IMG/VR virus record: IMGVR_UViG_2061766007_000288 | Origin: an uncultured virus (IMG/VR IMGVR_UViG_2061766007_000288) | Lineage: Duplodnaviria > Heunggongvirae > Uroviricota > Caudoviricetes | Strand: one strand, 5' to 3' | DNA length: 43,006 nt | Shown here: positions 1 through 6,761 of the stretch, in pieces | Layout of the letters: each line of letters begins with the position of its first letter | Numbering within the stretch: the first letter of the stretch is position 1 | Made by a program: the position numbers and the translations under genes | Notes under the pieces: model-generated | The model's database searches: none | The model's input: only the letters and a program-made list of their open reading frames with translations | Told to the model about the DNA's origin: nothing

Positions 1-1
1 C

Positions 2-445
2 GAGACGCTCGTTGGTATTCGGCACGGTGATGCGGAATACATGGTCGATGGTACGCGCCGGGTTGACCCATTCGTACATCCACTTGCACATGACGGCGCT
101 CTCGATGAAGATCGTCTTGTCTTTATACTTCCGGTCAAAGGTGAAATCGCAGAATATCTGCCCAAGCGCCGAACGCAGAGGGTACTGGACAAGGTTCATG
201 AGGAAGTCATAGACAGTCCCATCCTTCAATGCGAGGTCACGCACTTCCTGTGACAGGGAACCGAACGCATCGATTGCATCCGGGCCCCAGATGGACGTGA
301 CAGTACCGTACACGCTAGGGTTGCTCTTGTAGATAACCTTCATCAAGTTGTCCGTGTTGATGACCGGGTAGCCCATCTTCCTGAGTTCTTCGGCCACACT
401 GCTCTTCCCAGAGCCGATATTTCCACAAATGATACCGATTTTCAT
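2..445 (-). CDS. coaE: Dephospho-CoA kinase-like P-loop kinase (runs off window edge)
   Basis: Manual translation MKIGIICGNIGSGKSSVAEELRKMGYPVINTDNL...IFIESA; N-terminal Walker A in CoaE-type context. Confidence 0.75.
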   Translation of the reverse strand, partial: MKIGIICGNIGSGKSSVAEELRKMGYPVINTDNLMKVIYKSNPSVYGTVTSIWGPDAIDAFGSLSQEVRDLALKDGTVYDFLMNLVQYPLRSALGQIFCDFTFDRKYKDKTIFIESAVMCKWMYEWVNPARTIDHVFRITVPNTNERL

Positions 446-480
446 ATGTTGCATTCCCCTTGCATAACATTCATATACCG

Positions 481-508
481 AATATAGCAATATAAATAAA
501 AATGGCAA
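481..508 (-). promoter_or_regulatory. Sigma70-like promoter TTGCCA-N16-TATATT (extended -10 TGC)
   Basis: Recurrent motif upstream of many genes in the window. Confidence 0.7.
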
Positions 509-551
509 CCGATGACTGAACACCGGTCGCCATCCAAAAAGAAAGAAATGA

Positions 552-797
552 TTACTTCTTCTTGGCCTTGAGGTCAGCCACGGTAGCCTGCAACTTGGCA
601 ATCTTTTCGTTTGCCTTGGCAATCTTGGTTGCGAAACCCTGGGCAGCCTTGGCAGCCTTGGCGTTGGCGGAGGCGAGGGACTTGGCGAGCTTGCTGTTTT
701 CAGCAGTGAGCTTCTTGATGGTGGCCTTGGATTCCTTGTCGGCAGTGCACGTTGCGGTGCAAGTCTTGGCAGCAGTAACAACAGCGTTCTTTTTCAT
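552..797 (-). CDS. Small Lys/Ala-rich coiled-coil protein (81 aa)
   Basis: AAAAGGAATAAAATG start, biased codon usage, MKKNAVVTAAK...LKAKKK. Confidence 0.7.
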   Translation of the reverse strand: MKKNAVVTAAKTCTATCTADKESKATIKKLTAENSKLAKSLASANAKAAKAAQGFATKIAKANEKIAKLQATVADLKAKKK

Positions 798-844
798 TTT
801 ATTCCTTTTGTGGCAGAACACCACAGTGATGGGTTTTATTTTAT

Positions 845-1185
845 GAAGGGCCGTTGTCGGGGCAAGAACTAACCCATTGTGAGTGGGTGAGAGGAGCCCC
901 GGCGCTGGCCCTTTTGGGGAACCCGAACTTAATCGGGTAATGCAGGGATTTCTCCCTGTGGGTGGTCATCGACAATGTTAGGAAGGCTTGTCGTGCCCGC
1001 AGCACTGTCCCTACCCATCAGGACTGTTTAACCACAAGCGGCAGAGCGGGGGACTTGACCGTACATCCCAGGGTGCCATGACCTTCCTAACGTAGTTCAG
1101 CGGTTTTGCCGCATCACCGAGTCTAATCAACTATGAAATCAAAGTTGCCTCCAATTTCACCAGGTTTCCCCGTTGGGTAGTTGAT
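845..1185 (-). mobile_element. Non-autonomous IS200/IS605 (IscB-family) element carrying only the omega-RNA and a terminal hairpin
   Basis: Omega-RNA scaffold followed by long hairpin 846-913; no iscB or tnpA ORF. Confidence 0.55.
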
Positions 1186-1205
1186 TTTTATCCTTTGGTT
1201 TAGGC
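920..1205 (-). ncRNA. HEARO/IscB-type omega-RNA with putative 20-nt 5' guide
   Basis: Minus strand: ATCAACTACCC...TAGTTGATTAGACTCGG...AACTACGTTAGGAAGG...CACCCTGGGATG...CAAGTCCCCCGCTCTG...TTAAACAG...CAGTG...CCTTCCTAACATTGTCGATG; recognised omega-RNA motif order with long-range stems. Confidence 0.8.
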
Positions 1206-1211
1206 ATAGAA

Positions 1212-1240
1212 AATATAGCAATAAATTAACAAGTTGGCAA
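1212..1240 (-). promoter_or_regulatory. Promoter TTGCCA-N17-TATATT driving the omega-RNA
   Basis: Same recurrent motif, -10 box about 26 nt upstream of the scaffold. Confidence 0.7.
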
Positions 1241-1266
1241 CAGTTATCCACAAAATGCCAACAAAA

Positions 1267-1341
1267 TGCCGACGGCCAGGTTCGAACTGGCATGTGTCCG
1301 CTTAGAAGGCGGATGAACTAAATCCATTATTCTACGCCGGC
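1267..1341 (-). tRNA. tRNA-Arg(TCT)
   Basis: Cloverleaf, loop CTTCTAA. Confidence 0.9.
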
Positions 1342-1348
1342 TGAAAGA

Positions 1349-1678
1349 CTAGGCCTTTGCCGGTCTCAACACGAACTGATGCCTGGAATCCGCCCAGACA
1401 GTGGAAGGGGACGTGCCGCTGTAACCGCGGATGTCCACCGTGGAATGTCCGTCGGAGTAGGTGAATACATCGGTGGTGCCATGCTGATTGACGGCGCCAT
1501 CGGCGAAAAGGGTGAAGCCGAACTCGGAAGGGCCACCTGCGACCTCGCCGCCCTGGCCCCTGAGCCATTCCTTGGCGGCATCGAAATCGCCACCGGTCGC
1601 TTCCAGGGCCTGCTTACAGAGCAACATGCTCACCTGGGTCGCCTTGCGCAATTCGTTTATCTGTGCCACCGTAACCAT
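1349..1678 (-). CDS. EF-Ts N-terminal-domain protein fused to an unknown C-terminal domain
   Basis: VTVAQINELRKATQVSMLLCKQALEATGGDFDAAKEWLR resembles the EF-Ts N-domain; AAAGGA RBS. Confidence 0.8.
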   Translation of the reverse strand: MVTVAQINELRKATQVSMLLCKQALEATGGDFDAAKEWLRGQGGEVAGGPSEFGFTLFADGAVNQHGTTDVFTYSDGHSTVDIRGYSGTSPSTVWADSRHQFVLRPAKA

Positions 1679-1723
1679 AATGTATCCTTTGTTTAATAAT
1701 AGTGCGACATTCCGGATGACGTA

Positions 1724-1798
1724 GGGTATCAGACAAGACTTGAACTTGCAACGGCTGGTTCCACAAACCAGGGCTCCACCGATTGAGCTACTGACACC
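1724..1798 (-). tRNA. tRNA-His(GTG)
   Basis: Cloverleaf, loop TTGTGGA. Confidence 0.9.
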
Positions 1799-1804
1799 AT
1801 GTAG

Positions 1805-1889
1805 AAGAGAGTACAGGATTCGAACCTGTGGGCCCGAAGACCGTCACGTTAGCACCGTGATGCAATAAGCCAGACTCTGCCAACTCTCC
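1805..1889 (-). tRNA. tRNA-Ser(GCT)
   Basis: Long variable arm, loop GTGCTAA. Confidence 0.85.
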
Positions 1890-1893
1890 ATAA

Positions 1894-1966
1894 CGCCTAC
1901 TGAGTGGTTCGAACACCCGACCCCCTGATTACGAAACAGGCGCTCTTCCAACTGAGCTAAGTAGGC
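1894..1966 (-). tRNA. tRNA-Thr(CGT)
   Basis: Cloverleaf, loop TTCGTAA. Confidence 0.9.
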
Positions 1967-1973
1967 AATTTAA

Positions 1974-2046
1974 TCAGCGTGAGTGGGAACGATCCACCGA
2001 CCTCATGCTCCCGAAGCATGCGCTCTACCAGCTGAGCTACACACTG
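1974..2046 (-). tRNA. tRNA-Pro(CGG)
   Basis: Loop TTCGGGA; T-loop ATCG. Confidence 0.88.
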
Positions 2047-2052
2047 ATTTAG

Positions 2053-2134
2053 CGGAAGCGGAGGGACTCGAACCCCCAAATCTTTCGACCGGCAGATTTC
2101 AAGTCTGCTCCACCACCAGTTGTGGGACGCTTCC
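2053..2134 (-). tRNA. tRNA-Ser(TGA)
   Basis: Loop CTTGAAA, long variable arm. Confidence 0.88.
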
Positions 2135-2138
2135 ATAG

Positions 2139-2225
2139 CGGAAGCAGCAGGACTTGAACCTACATGAGGAACTTCCTCACCACCGGGTTCGAGCCGGGGG
2201 CCTTACCAATTAGGTCTATGCTTCC
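2139..2225 (-). tRNA. tRNA-Ser(CGA)
   Basis: Loop CTCGAAC, long variable arm. Confidence 0.88.
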
Positions 2226-2233
2226 AAAGTTCG

Positions 2234-2320
2234 CGGAAATGGGAGGGCTCGAACCTCCATGCAGCTTTCGCCACCACGCTCCTTTCCAAGGAGGGCCAAT
2301 ACCAGTTATGGGACATTTCC
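2234..2320 (-). tRNA. tRNA-Ser(GGA)
   Basis: Loop TTGGAAA, long variable arm. Confidence 0.88.
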
Positions 2321-2325
2321 AAAAA

Positions 2326-2398
2326 TGCCAGGTGTGAGAGTCGAACTCACTTTCTCGGGGTTTCAGTCCGGTCCATTCCCACGATTGGATGCCCTGGC
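2326..2398 (-). tRNA. Atypical tRNA-Phe(GAA), possibly pseudo
   Basis: Acceptor and T arm intact, loop CTGAAAC, weak anticodon stem, C8. Confidence 0.6.
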
Positions 2399-2405
2399 GA
2401 GATTT

Positions 2406-3224
2406 TTATTTATATACACCAATTAAATTTCTATCCGGCTTAAATGATTGTTTGCTTACAGAACACGACGAAAAGATTGGTATAAATTTATGAAAAATAA
2501 CACGCATACGACTTCTTGCTCTATTTTTACGACGAGAAAAGTCTGACAATGAATTACAATCGCTACTATGATACTCATCCCACAATTCACGGGCATGCTG
2601 TATTGACTGTTCAGCCTTTTCGTGCTGATGAATCATGGGTTGTTTGCGTTTTGGATTTGTTAAAAATTTGGGTGGCCGACATAACCCATTTCCCTTGTAT
2701 AAATATAAAATTGATTGTGTTTGACCATTATATACATACCTCCCAGGAACCCAATGATGGTCATCCGGCTGCTGTGCAAATAATTTTGACTCGCCGGTAG
2801 AATAATTGGTGTACCATTTGTTGCCATAATTTGAATTATTGCTCCCGCGTTGCAATGATGAAGTCATTTTTCCAATAATCCTAGCATATCTTGTACGCAA
2901 ATGTTCGTATGCCCTAGCAAATATATACCGTTCATGAAATTCGCCCGTCGCTCGCATATTCCAAAATGCGCATACCATTTTATTGTGTTCCTGTGTTCCA
3001 GCAGGATAGATTTTAGTCAATAACCAATGACATATAAAGTGCTCACGGGCAGTTAGCAACGCCCTATTAGCAATAACATCCAAACCACCCAAGGAGCGAG
3101 GTAATATATGATGTTCTTCAAAATAATGCCCATTGCGTTTTTGCTGTCGCCGATCATGATATTCGGCCTTTGCACGCAATACAATACTTGCATATATTTT
3201 ACAATAATCCATGTTACTTCCCAT
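2406..3224 (-). CDS. HNH homing endonuclease
   Basis: EEHHILPRSLGG...N...LTAREHFICHWLL motif; AT-rich insert within tRNA array. Confidence 0.85.
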   Translation of the reverse strand: MGSNMDYCKIYASIVLRAKAEYHDRRQQKRNGHYFEEHHILPRSLGGLDVIANRALLTAREHFICHWLLTKIYPAGTQEHNKMVCAFWNMRATGEFHERYIFARAYEHLRTRYARIIGKMTSSLQRGSNNSNYGNKWYTNYSTGESKLFAQQPDDHHWVPGRYVYNGQTQSILYLYKGNGLCRPPKFLTNPKRKQPMIHQHEKAEQSIQHARELWDEYHSSDCNSLSDFSRRKNRARSRMRVIFHKFIPIFSSCSVSKQSFKPDRNLIGVYK

Positions 3225-3231
3225 TTAATAG

Positions 3232-3315
3232 AGCACTTAGCAGGACTCGGACCTGCGAAGGGATTACCCAGCAGATTTGCAGTCTGCTTCCTTTGCCGCT
3301 CGGATTCATAAGTGC
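3232..3315 (-). tRNA. Atypical tRNA-Cys(GCA) with long variable arm
   Basis: Loop CTGCAAA, U73, variable hairpin GGG-TAAT-CCC. Confidence 0.8.
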
Positions 3316-3319
3316 ATTT

Positions 3320-3619
3320 TTAATAATCCATTACAAAAAGTGGTTCGGCCTTATTCAACTTGTTCAGCCGTTCAATCAGCATCTCGATCGCTTGTCTAGC
3401 TGTGCCATGCGGCAAAAACAAATTCTTTTCATATTCATCCAGTGGTTTTGCATTATCCGACCATGAAAATAATGAAGCAACACCATTACGGGGAGTGTAC
3501 TCGATGCCACGGAAGTAATCATCAAACCCGTCACACTTTTCACAATCAGTCGATGCTATTAGATGATAGACTGCGCCAGAACTATATTCTACACGAAACG
3601 CTATGCTTTCCGATATCAT
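3320..3619 (-). CDS. Hypothetical protein (99 aa) within tRNA array
   Basis: GGAGGA RBS, MISESIAFRVEYSSG...; fills gap between tRNAs. Confidence 0.7.
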   Translation of the reverse strand: MISESIAFRVEYSSGAVYHLIASTDCEKCDGFDDYFRGIEYTPRNGVASLFSWSDNAKPLDEYEKNLFLPHGTARQAIEMLIERLNKLNKAEPLFVMDY

Positions 3620-3653
3620 AATTCCTCCTGGAATTCCACAGCGTAAAACTATA

Positions 3654-3737
3654 TCCCGAGGACAGGACTCGAACCTGCACGCCCTTCCGGGCACCTGCTC
3701 CTAAGGCAGGCGCGTCTACCAATTCCGCCACCTCGGG
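3654..3737 (-). tRNA. tRNA-Leu(TAG)
   Basis: Loop CTTAGGA, long arm. Confidence 0.92.
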
Positions 3738-3740
3738 GAA

Positions 3741-3813
3741 TTGGGCTGGCTGGACTTGAACCAACAACATCAAGACTCAAAATCTTGCGTGCTACCAATT
3801 GCACCACGGCCCA
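3741..3813 (-). tRNA. tRNA-Gln(TTG)
   Basis: Loop TTTTGAG. Confidence 0.9.
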
Positions 3814-3817
3814 ATAG

Positions 3818-3890
3818 TAGCCCCTCCGAGGCTCGAACTCGGGTGCCGGGATTGAGAATCCCGTGACTTAAACCACTGGTCTAAAGGGCC
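3818..3890 (-). tRNA. tRNA-Glu(CTC)
   Basis: Loop TTCTCAA. Confidence 0.9.
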
Positions 3891-3895
3891 ATAAG

Positions 3896-3979
3896 TCGGC
3901 ACAGAGGGAATCGAACCCTCACGACCTTTCGGCCATCAGAACCTGAATCTGACGAGGCTACCAGTTACTCCACATGCCG
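3896..3979 (-). tRNA. tRNA-Leu(CAG)
   Basis: Loop TTCAGGT, long arm. Confidence 0.9.
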
Positions 3980-3983
3980 TTAG

Positions 3984-4068
3984 TCGCTCAAGTGGGAGTC
4001 GAACCCACATGCCCTTTCGGACAGCGCATTTTGAGTGCGCCGCGTATCACCAATTCCGCCACAGAGCG
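3984..4068 (-). tRNA. tRNA-Leu(CAA)
   Basis: Loop CTCAAAA, long arm. Confidence 0.9.
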
Positions 4069-4076
4069 ATAAATAG

Positions 4077-4147
4077 AGCGCCTATCCGGTCACGATCCGG
4101 AACCAACTGCTTGGAGGGCAGTGATGCAGCCATTACACCATAGGCGC
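4077..4147 (-). tRNA. tRNA-Gly(TCC)
   Basis: Loop CCTCCAA (C33); T-loop ATCG. Confidence 0.85.
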
Positions 4148-4151
4148 GTAA

Positions 4152-4228
4152 TGCGGGCAGCGGGACTCGAACCCGCGACCCATAGATTAAAAGTCTATTG
4201 CTCTAAAAACCGACTGAGCTATACCCGC
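4152..4228 (-). tRNA. tRNA-Lys(TTT)
   Basis: Loop CTTTTAA. Confidence 0.92.
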
Positions 4229-4265
4229 GAAGTGCAGTTGGAAGAGCAATGGCCAACTGCTACCA

Positions 4266-4298
4266 TCATAATCGGGTGCGTTTCAAAATCTTTTTCAT
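4266..4298 (-). CDS. Minigene MKKILKRTRL
   Basis: AAGGAG RBS; positional homologue at 5861-5884. Confidence 0.5.
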   Translation of the reverse strand: MKKILKRTRL

Positions 4299-4314
4299 TG
4301 TTTTTACTCCTTAG

Positions 4315-4387
4315 TCGCCAGAGTGGGACTCGAACCCACAGATGACCGGGTTTAAGCCAGTTGTCTCTGCCATTCGACTACCTGGCG
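4315..4387 (-). tRNA. tRNA with TAA anticodon (Leu) and short variable loop
   Basis: Loop CTTAAAC, 5-nt variable loop. Confidence 0.8.
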
Positions 4388-4400
4388 TTGGTTTGCTTAG

Positions 4401-4483
4401 TCTCGATGGCTGGACTTGAACCATGCACTCTGTTACGAACCAGCCCCTCAAGCTGGCGGGTCTACCAATTCCCCCACATCGAG
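4401..4483 (-). tRNA. tRNA-Leu(GAG)
   Basis: Loop TTGAGGG. Confidence 0.9.
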
Positions 4484-4487
4484 ATAG

Positions 4488-4563
4488 TTGCCCGTGATGG
4501 ATTTGGACCACCGTGAGAATCCCGCGTTCAGAGCGCGGCGCCTTACCACTTGGCTAACGGGCA
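4488..4563 (-). tRNA. tRNA-Gln(CTG)
   Basis: Loop CTCTGAA; T-loop TCC. Confidence 0.85.
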
Positions 4564-4566
4564 ATA

Positions 4567-4639
4567 AGCGGCATACGAGGATCGGACTCGTGGCCTCAAC
4601 CATGGCAAGGTTGCGCTCTCCCAGCTGAGCTAATGCCGC
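4567..4639 (-). tRNA. tRNA-Gly(GCC)
   Basis: Loop TTGCCAT. Confidence 0.9.
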
Positions 4640-4653
4640 ATAATAAATTGTAG

Positions 4654-4739
4654 TGCCGGTTGATGGATTCGGACCACCGAAAGTTCGTACGAACGGGAGG
4701 GTTACAGCCTCCAGCCATTGACCACTAGGCGAAACCGGC
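4654..4739 (-). tRNA. tRNA-Tyr(GTA)
   Basis: Loop CTGTAAC, long arm. Confidence 0.88.
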
Positions 4740-4743
4740 ATAG

Positions 4744-4816
4744 CTCCACCTCCTGGACTCGAACCAGGGACCATGCGATTAACAGTCGCACGCTCTACCA
4801 ACTGAGCTAAGGTGGA
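4744..4816 (-). tRNA. tRNA-Asn(GTT)
   Basis: Loop CTGTTAA. Confidence 0.93.
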
Positions 4817-4827
4817 ATAAAGAATAG

Positions 4828-4916
4828 TGGGTTGGGTAGGAGTCGAACCTACAATGTTTACCCAAAGGGCCCAGATTTACAGTCTGGTGCGACACCGCCA
4901 TCGTCGCGGCCAACCC
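4828..4916 (-). tRNA. tRNA-Tyr(GTA), atypical D arm
   Basis: Loop CTGTAAA; C8; 5-bp D stem. Confidence 0.83.
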
Positions 4917-4928
4917 ATAATTTGTTAG

Positions 4929-5002
4929 CAGGGACAGAGAGATTCGAACTCCCGACACGCGGTTTTGGAGACCGCCGTTCTACCGGACTGAACTACATCC
5001 CT
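4929..5002 (-). tRNA. tRNA-Trp(CCA)
   Basis: Loop CTCCAAA. Confidence 0.92.
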
Positions 5003-5021
5003 ATAATTTCAAAGTCGATAA

Positions 5022-5095
5022 CGGGACCAACGGGGGTCGAACCCGTGATTTCCAGCGTGACAAGCTGGTGTCCTAGCCAACTAGACGATGGTCCC
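5022..5095 (-). tRNA. tRNA-Asp(GTC)
   Basis: Loop TTGTCAC. Confidence 0.92.
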
Positions 5096-5099
5096 ATAG

Positions 5100-5174
5100 T
5101 TGCGGAGGAAGGATTTGAACCTTCGACCAACGGATTATGATTCCGCTGCTCTGACCGGGCTGAGCTACACCGCA
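5100..5174 (-). tRNA. tRNA with CAT anticodon (Met; initiator/elongator/Ile2 not resolved)
   Basis: Loop ATCATAA. Confidence 0.85.
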
Positions 5175-5186
5175 ATAATTTGTTCG

Positions 5187-5262
5187 TGCACCATCAAGGA
5201 CTCGAACCTTGGACCCGATGCTTAAGAGGCAACTGCTCTGGAACCAACTGAGCTAATGATGC
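5187..5262 (-). tRNA. tRNA-Lys(CTT)
   Basis: Loop CTCTTAA. Confidence 0.9.
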
Positions 5263-5266
5263 ATAG

Positions 5267-5339
5267 TGGCGCCACCGGGATTCGAACCCGAGTTCCAGGA
5301 ATGAAAATCCTGTGTCCTTGGCCTCTAGACGATAGCGCC
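5267..5339 (-). tRNA. tRNA-Glu(TTC)
   Basis: Loop TTTTCAT. Confidence 0.9.
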
Positions 5340-5494
5340 GTNNNNNNNNNNAAAACTTTACTTGACATCCCTTGATACTGAGTCTTTGATTATGGTGAGT
5401 GACCCAATGGTTCCTCAATGTCTCACGCGGACCTCACGGTTTACTTCCCCTACAATGCCAAGTTTCACATCGGGAAACACATGACCAGCCTTAG

Positions 5495-5579
5495 TCCCGC
5501 AAGCCGGGATCGAACCGGCACGCATATTCCAGCACCGGATTTTGAGGCCGGCGTGTCTACCAAATTCCACCACAGCGGG
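5495..5579 (-). tRNA. tRNA-Leu(CAA)
   Basis: Loop CTCAAAA, long arm (second variant). Confidence 0.9.
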
Positions 5580-5586
5580 ATAATAG

Positions 5587-5671
5587 TCGGCACAGAGGGA
5601 TTCGAACCCATCACGTACAAACGTACACTGCGCCCTGAACGCAGCGCGGCTACCAGTTACGCCACATGCCG
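5587..5671 (-). tRNA. tRNA-Leu(CAG)
   Basis: Loop TTCAGGG, long arm. Confidence 0.88.
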
Positions 5672-5680
5672 ATAAGTTAA

Positions 5681-5751
5681 AGCGCCTATCCGGGGTCGAA
5701 CCGGAACCAACTGCTTGGAGGGCAGTGATGCAGCCAATACACCATAGGCGC
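5681..5751 (-). tRNA. tRNA-Gly(TCC)
   Basis: Loop CCTCCAA (C33). Confidence 0.87.
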
Positions 5752-5755
5752 ATAA

Positions 5756-5828
5756 TGCGGGCGACGAGTTTCGAACTCGCAGCCCCCGGATTAAAAGTCC
5801 GGTGCTCGACCAGTTGAGCTTCGCCCGC
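5756..5828 (-). tRNA. tRNA-Lys(TTT)
   Basis: Loop CTTTTAA; A8. Confidence 0.88.
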
Positions 5829-5860
5829 AGGCTGTCGCAACTGGACGGCAGTTGCCACCT

Positions 5861-5884
5861 TTATAATCGTTTCTGTTTCTTCAT
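5861..5884 (-). CDS. Minigene MKKQKRL
   Basis: AGGAG RBS; positional homologue of 4266-4298. Confidence 0.5.
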   Translation of the reverse strand: MKKQKRL

Positions 5885-5899
5885 AGTTGCATTCTCCTA

Positions 5900-5985
5900 T
5901 CGGCGATATGGGACTCGAACCCATATGCACATTTCGTGCTTCGGATTTTAAGTCCGAATTGTCTTTCCAGTTCCAGCAATCGCCG
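5900..5985 (-). tRNA. tRNA-Leu(TAA)
   Basis: Loop CTTAAAA, long arm. Confidence 0.87.
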
Positions 5986-5998
5986 GATTGTTGTTTAG

Positions 5999-6084
5999 TC
6001 TCGATGGCTGGACTCGAACCATGCACGCATATTTCAGCACCAGCCCCTCAAGCTGGCGGGTCTACCAAATTTCCCCACATCGAG
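5999..6084 (-). tRNA. tRNA-Leu(GAG)
   Basis: Loop TTGAGGG. Confidence 0.9.
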
Positions 6085-6088
6085 ATAG

Positions 6089-6150
6089 TTGCCCGTGATG
6101 GATTTGGACCACCGTGAGAATCNNNNNNNNNNGGACTTGGCTAACGGGCA
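6089..6150 (-). tRNA. tRNA-Gln(CTG) interrupted by assembly gap
   Basis: Ends match 4488-4563; anticodon lies in the N-run. Confidence 0.7.
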
Positions 6151-6153
6151 ATA

Positions 6154-6226
6154 AGCGGCATACGAGGTTCGAACTCGTGACCTCAACCATGGCAAGGTTG
6201 CGCTCTACCAACTGAGCTAATGCCGC
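6154..6226 (-). tRNA. tRNA-Gly(GCC)
   Basis: Loop TTGCCAT. Confidence 0.92.
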
Positions 6227-6240
6227 ATAATAAATTGTAG

Positions 6241-6326
6241 TGCCGGGTGATGGATTCGAACCACCGAAAGTTCGCGAGAACGGGAGGGTTACGGCCTCCA
6301 GCCATTGGCCACTAGGCGAACCCGGC
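6241..6326 (-). tRNA. tRNA-Tyr(GTA)
   Basis: Loop CCGTAAC (C33), long arm. Confidence 0.85.
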
Positions 6327-6330
6327 ATAG

Positions 6331-6403
6331 CTCCACCTCCTGGATTCGAACCAGGAACCTGACGGTTAACAGCCGCCTGCTCTACCAGTTGAGCTAAGGT
6401 GGA
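6331..6403 (-). tRNA. tRNA-Asn(GTT)
   Basis: Loop CTGTTAA. Confidence 0.92.
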
Positions 6404-6414
6404 ATAAAGAATAG

Positions 6415-6503
6415 TGGGTTGGGTAGGATTCGGACCTACAATGTTGACCCTAAGGGACCGGATTTACAGTCCGGCGCGACACCACCATCGCCGCAGCCAA
6501 CCC
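6415..6503 (-). tRNA. tRNA-Tyr(GTA), atypical D arm
   Basis: Loop CTGTAAA; homologue of 4828-4916. Confidence 0.83.
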
Positions 6504-6516
6504 ATAGAATTTTTCG

Positions 6517-6589
6517 CAGGGACTGAGAGATTCGGACTCCCGACATGCAGTTTTGGAGACTGCCGTTCTTCCAGCTGAACTAAATCCCT
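6517..6589 (-). tRNA. tRNA-Trp(CCA)
   Basis: Loop CTCCAAA. Confidence 0.9.
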
Positions 6590-6596
6590 ATATTCG

Positions 6597-6671
6597 TACT
6601 CGAAGAGGGAGTCGAACCCCCGACCCACTGCTTGTAAGGCAGTCGCTCTGAACCAACTGAGCTACACGAGT
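6597..6671 (-). tRNA. tRNA-Val(TAC)
   Basis: Loop CTTACAA. Confidence 0.9.
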
Positions 6672-6675
6672 ATAA

Positions 6676-6749
6676 CGAGAGCGGCGGGGTTCGAACCCGC
6701 GAATGGCGGTTAGACAGACCGCTGTGTTGAGCCTCTTCACCACGCCCCC
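6676..6749 (-). tRNA. tRNA-Asp(GTC)
   Basis: Loop CTGTCTA, G73. Confidence 0.87.
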
Positions 6750-6761
6750 AAAATGTTTAAC

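Noticed and set aside
846..1190. Plus-strand ncRNA, tmRNA or RNase P reading of the structured region
   Set aside because: Some G-U pairs favour plus, but omega-RNA motifs and the promoter are on minus; no tmRNA or RNase P signatures
5352..5490. Non-tRNA segment after the first gap
   Set aside because: Truncated by the gap; no supportable ORF or structure
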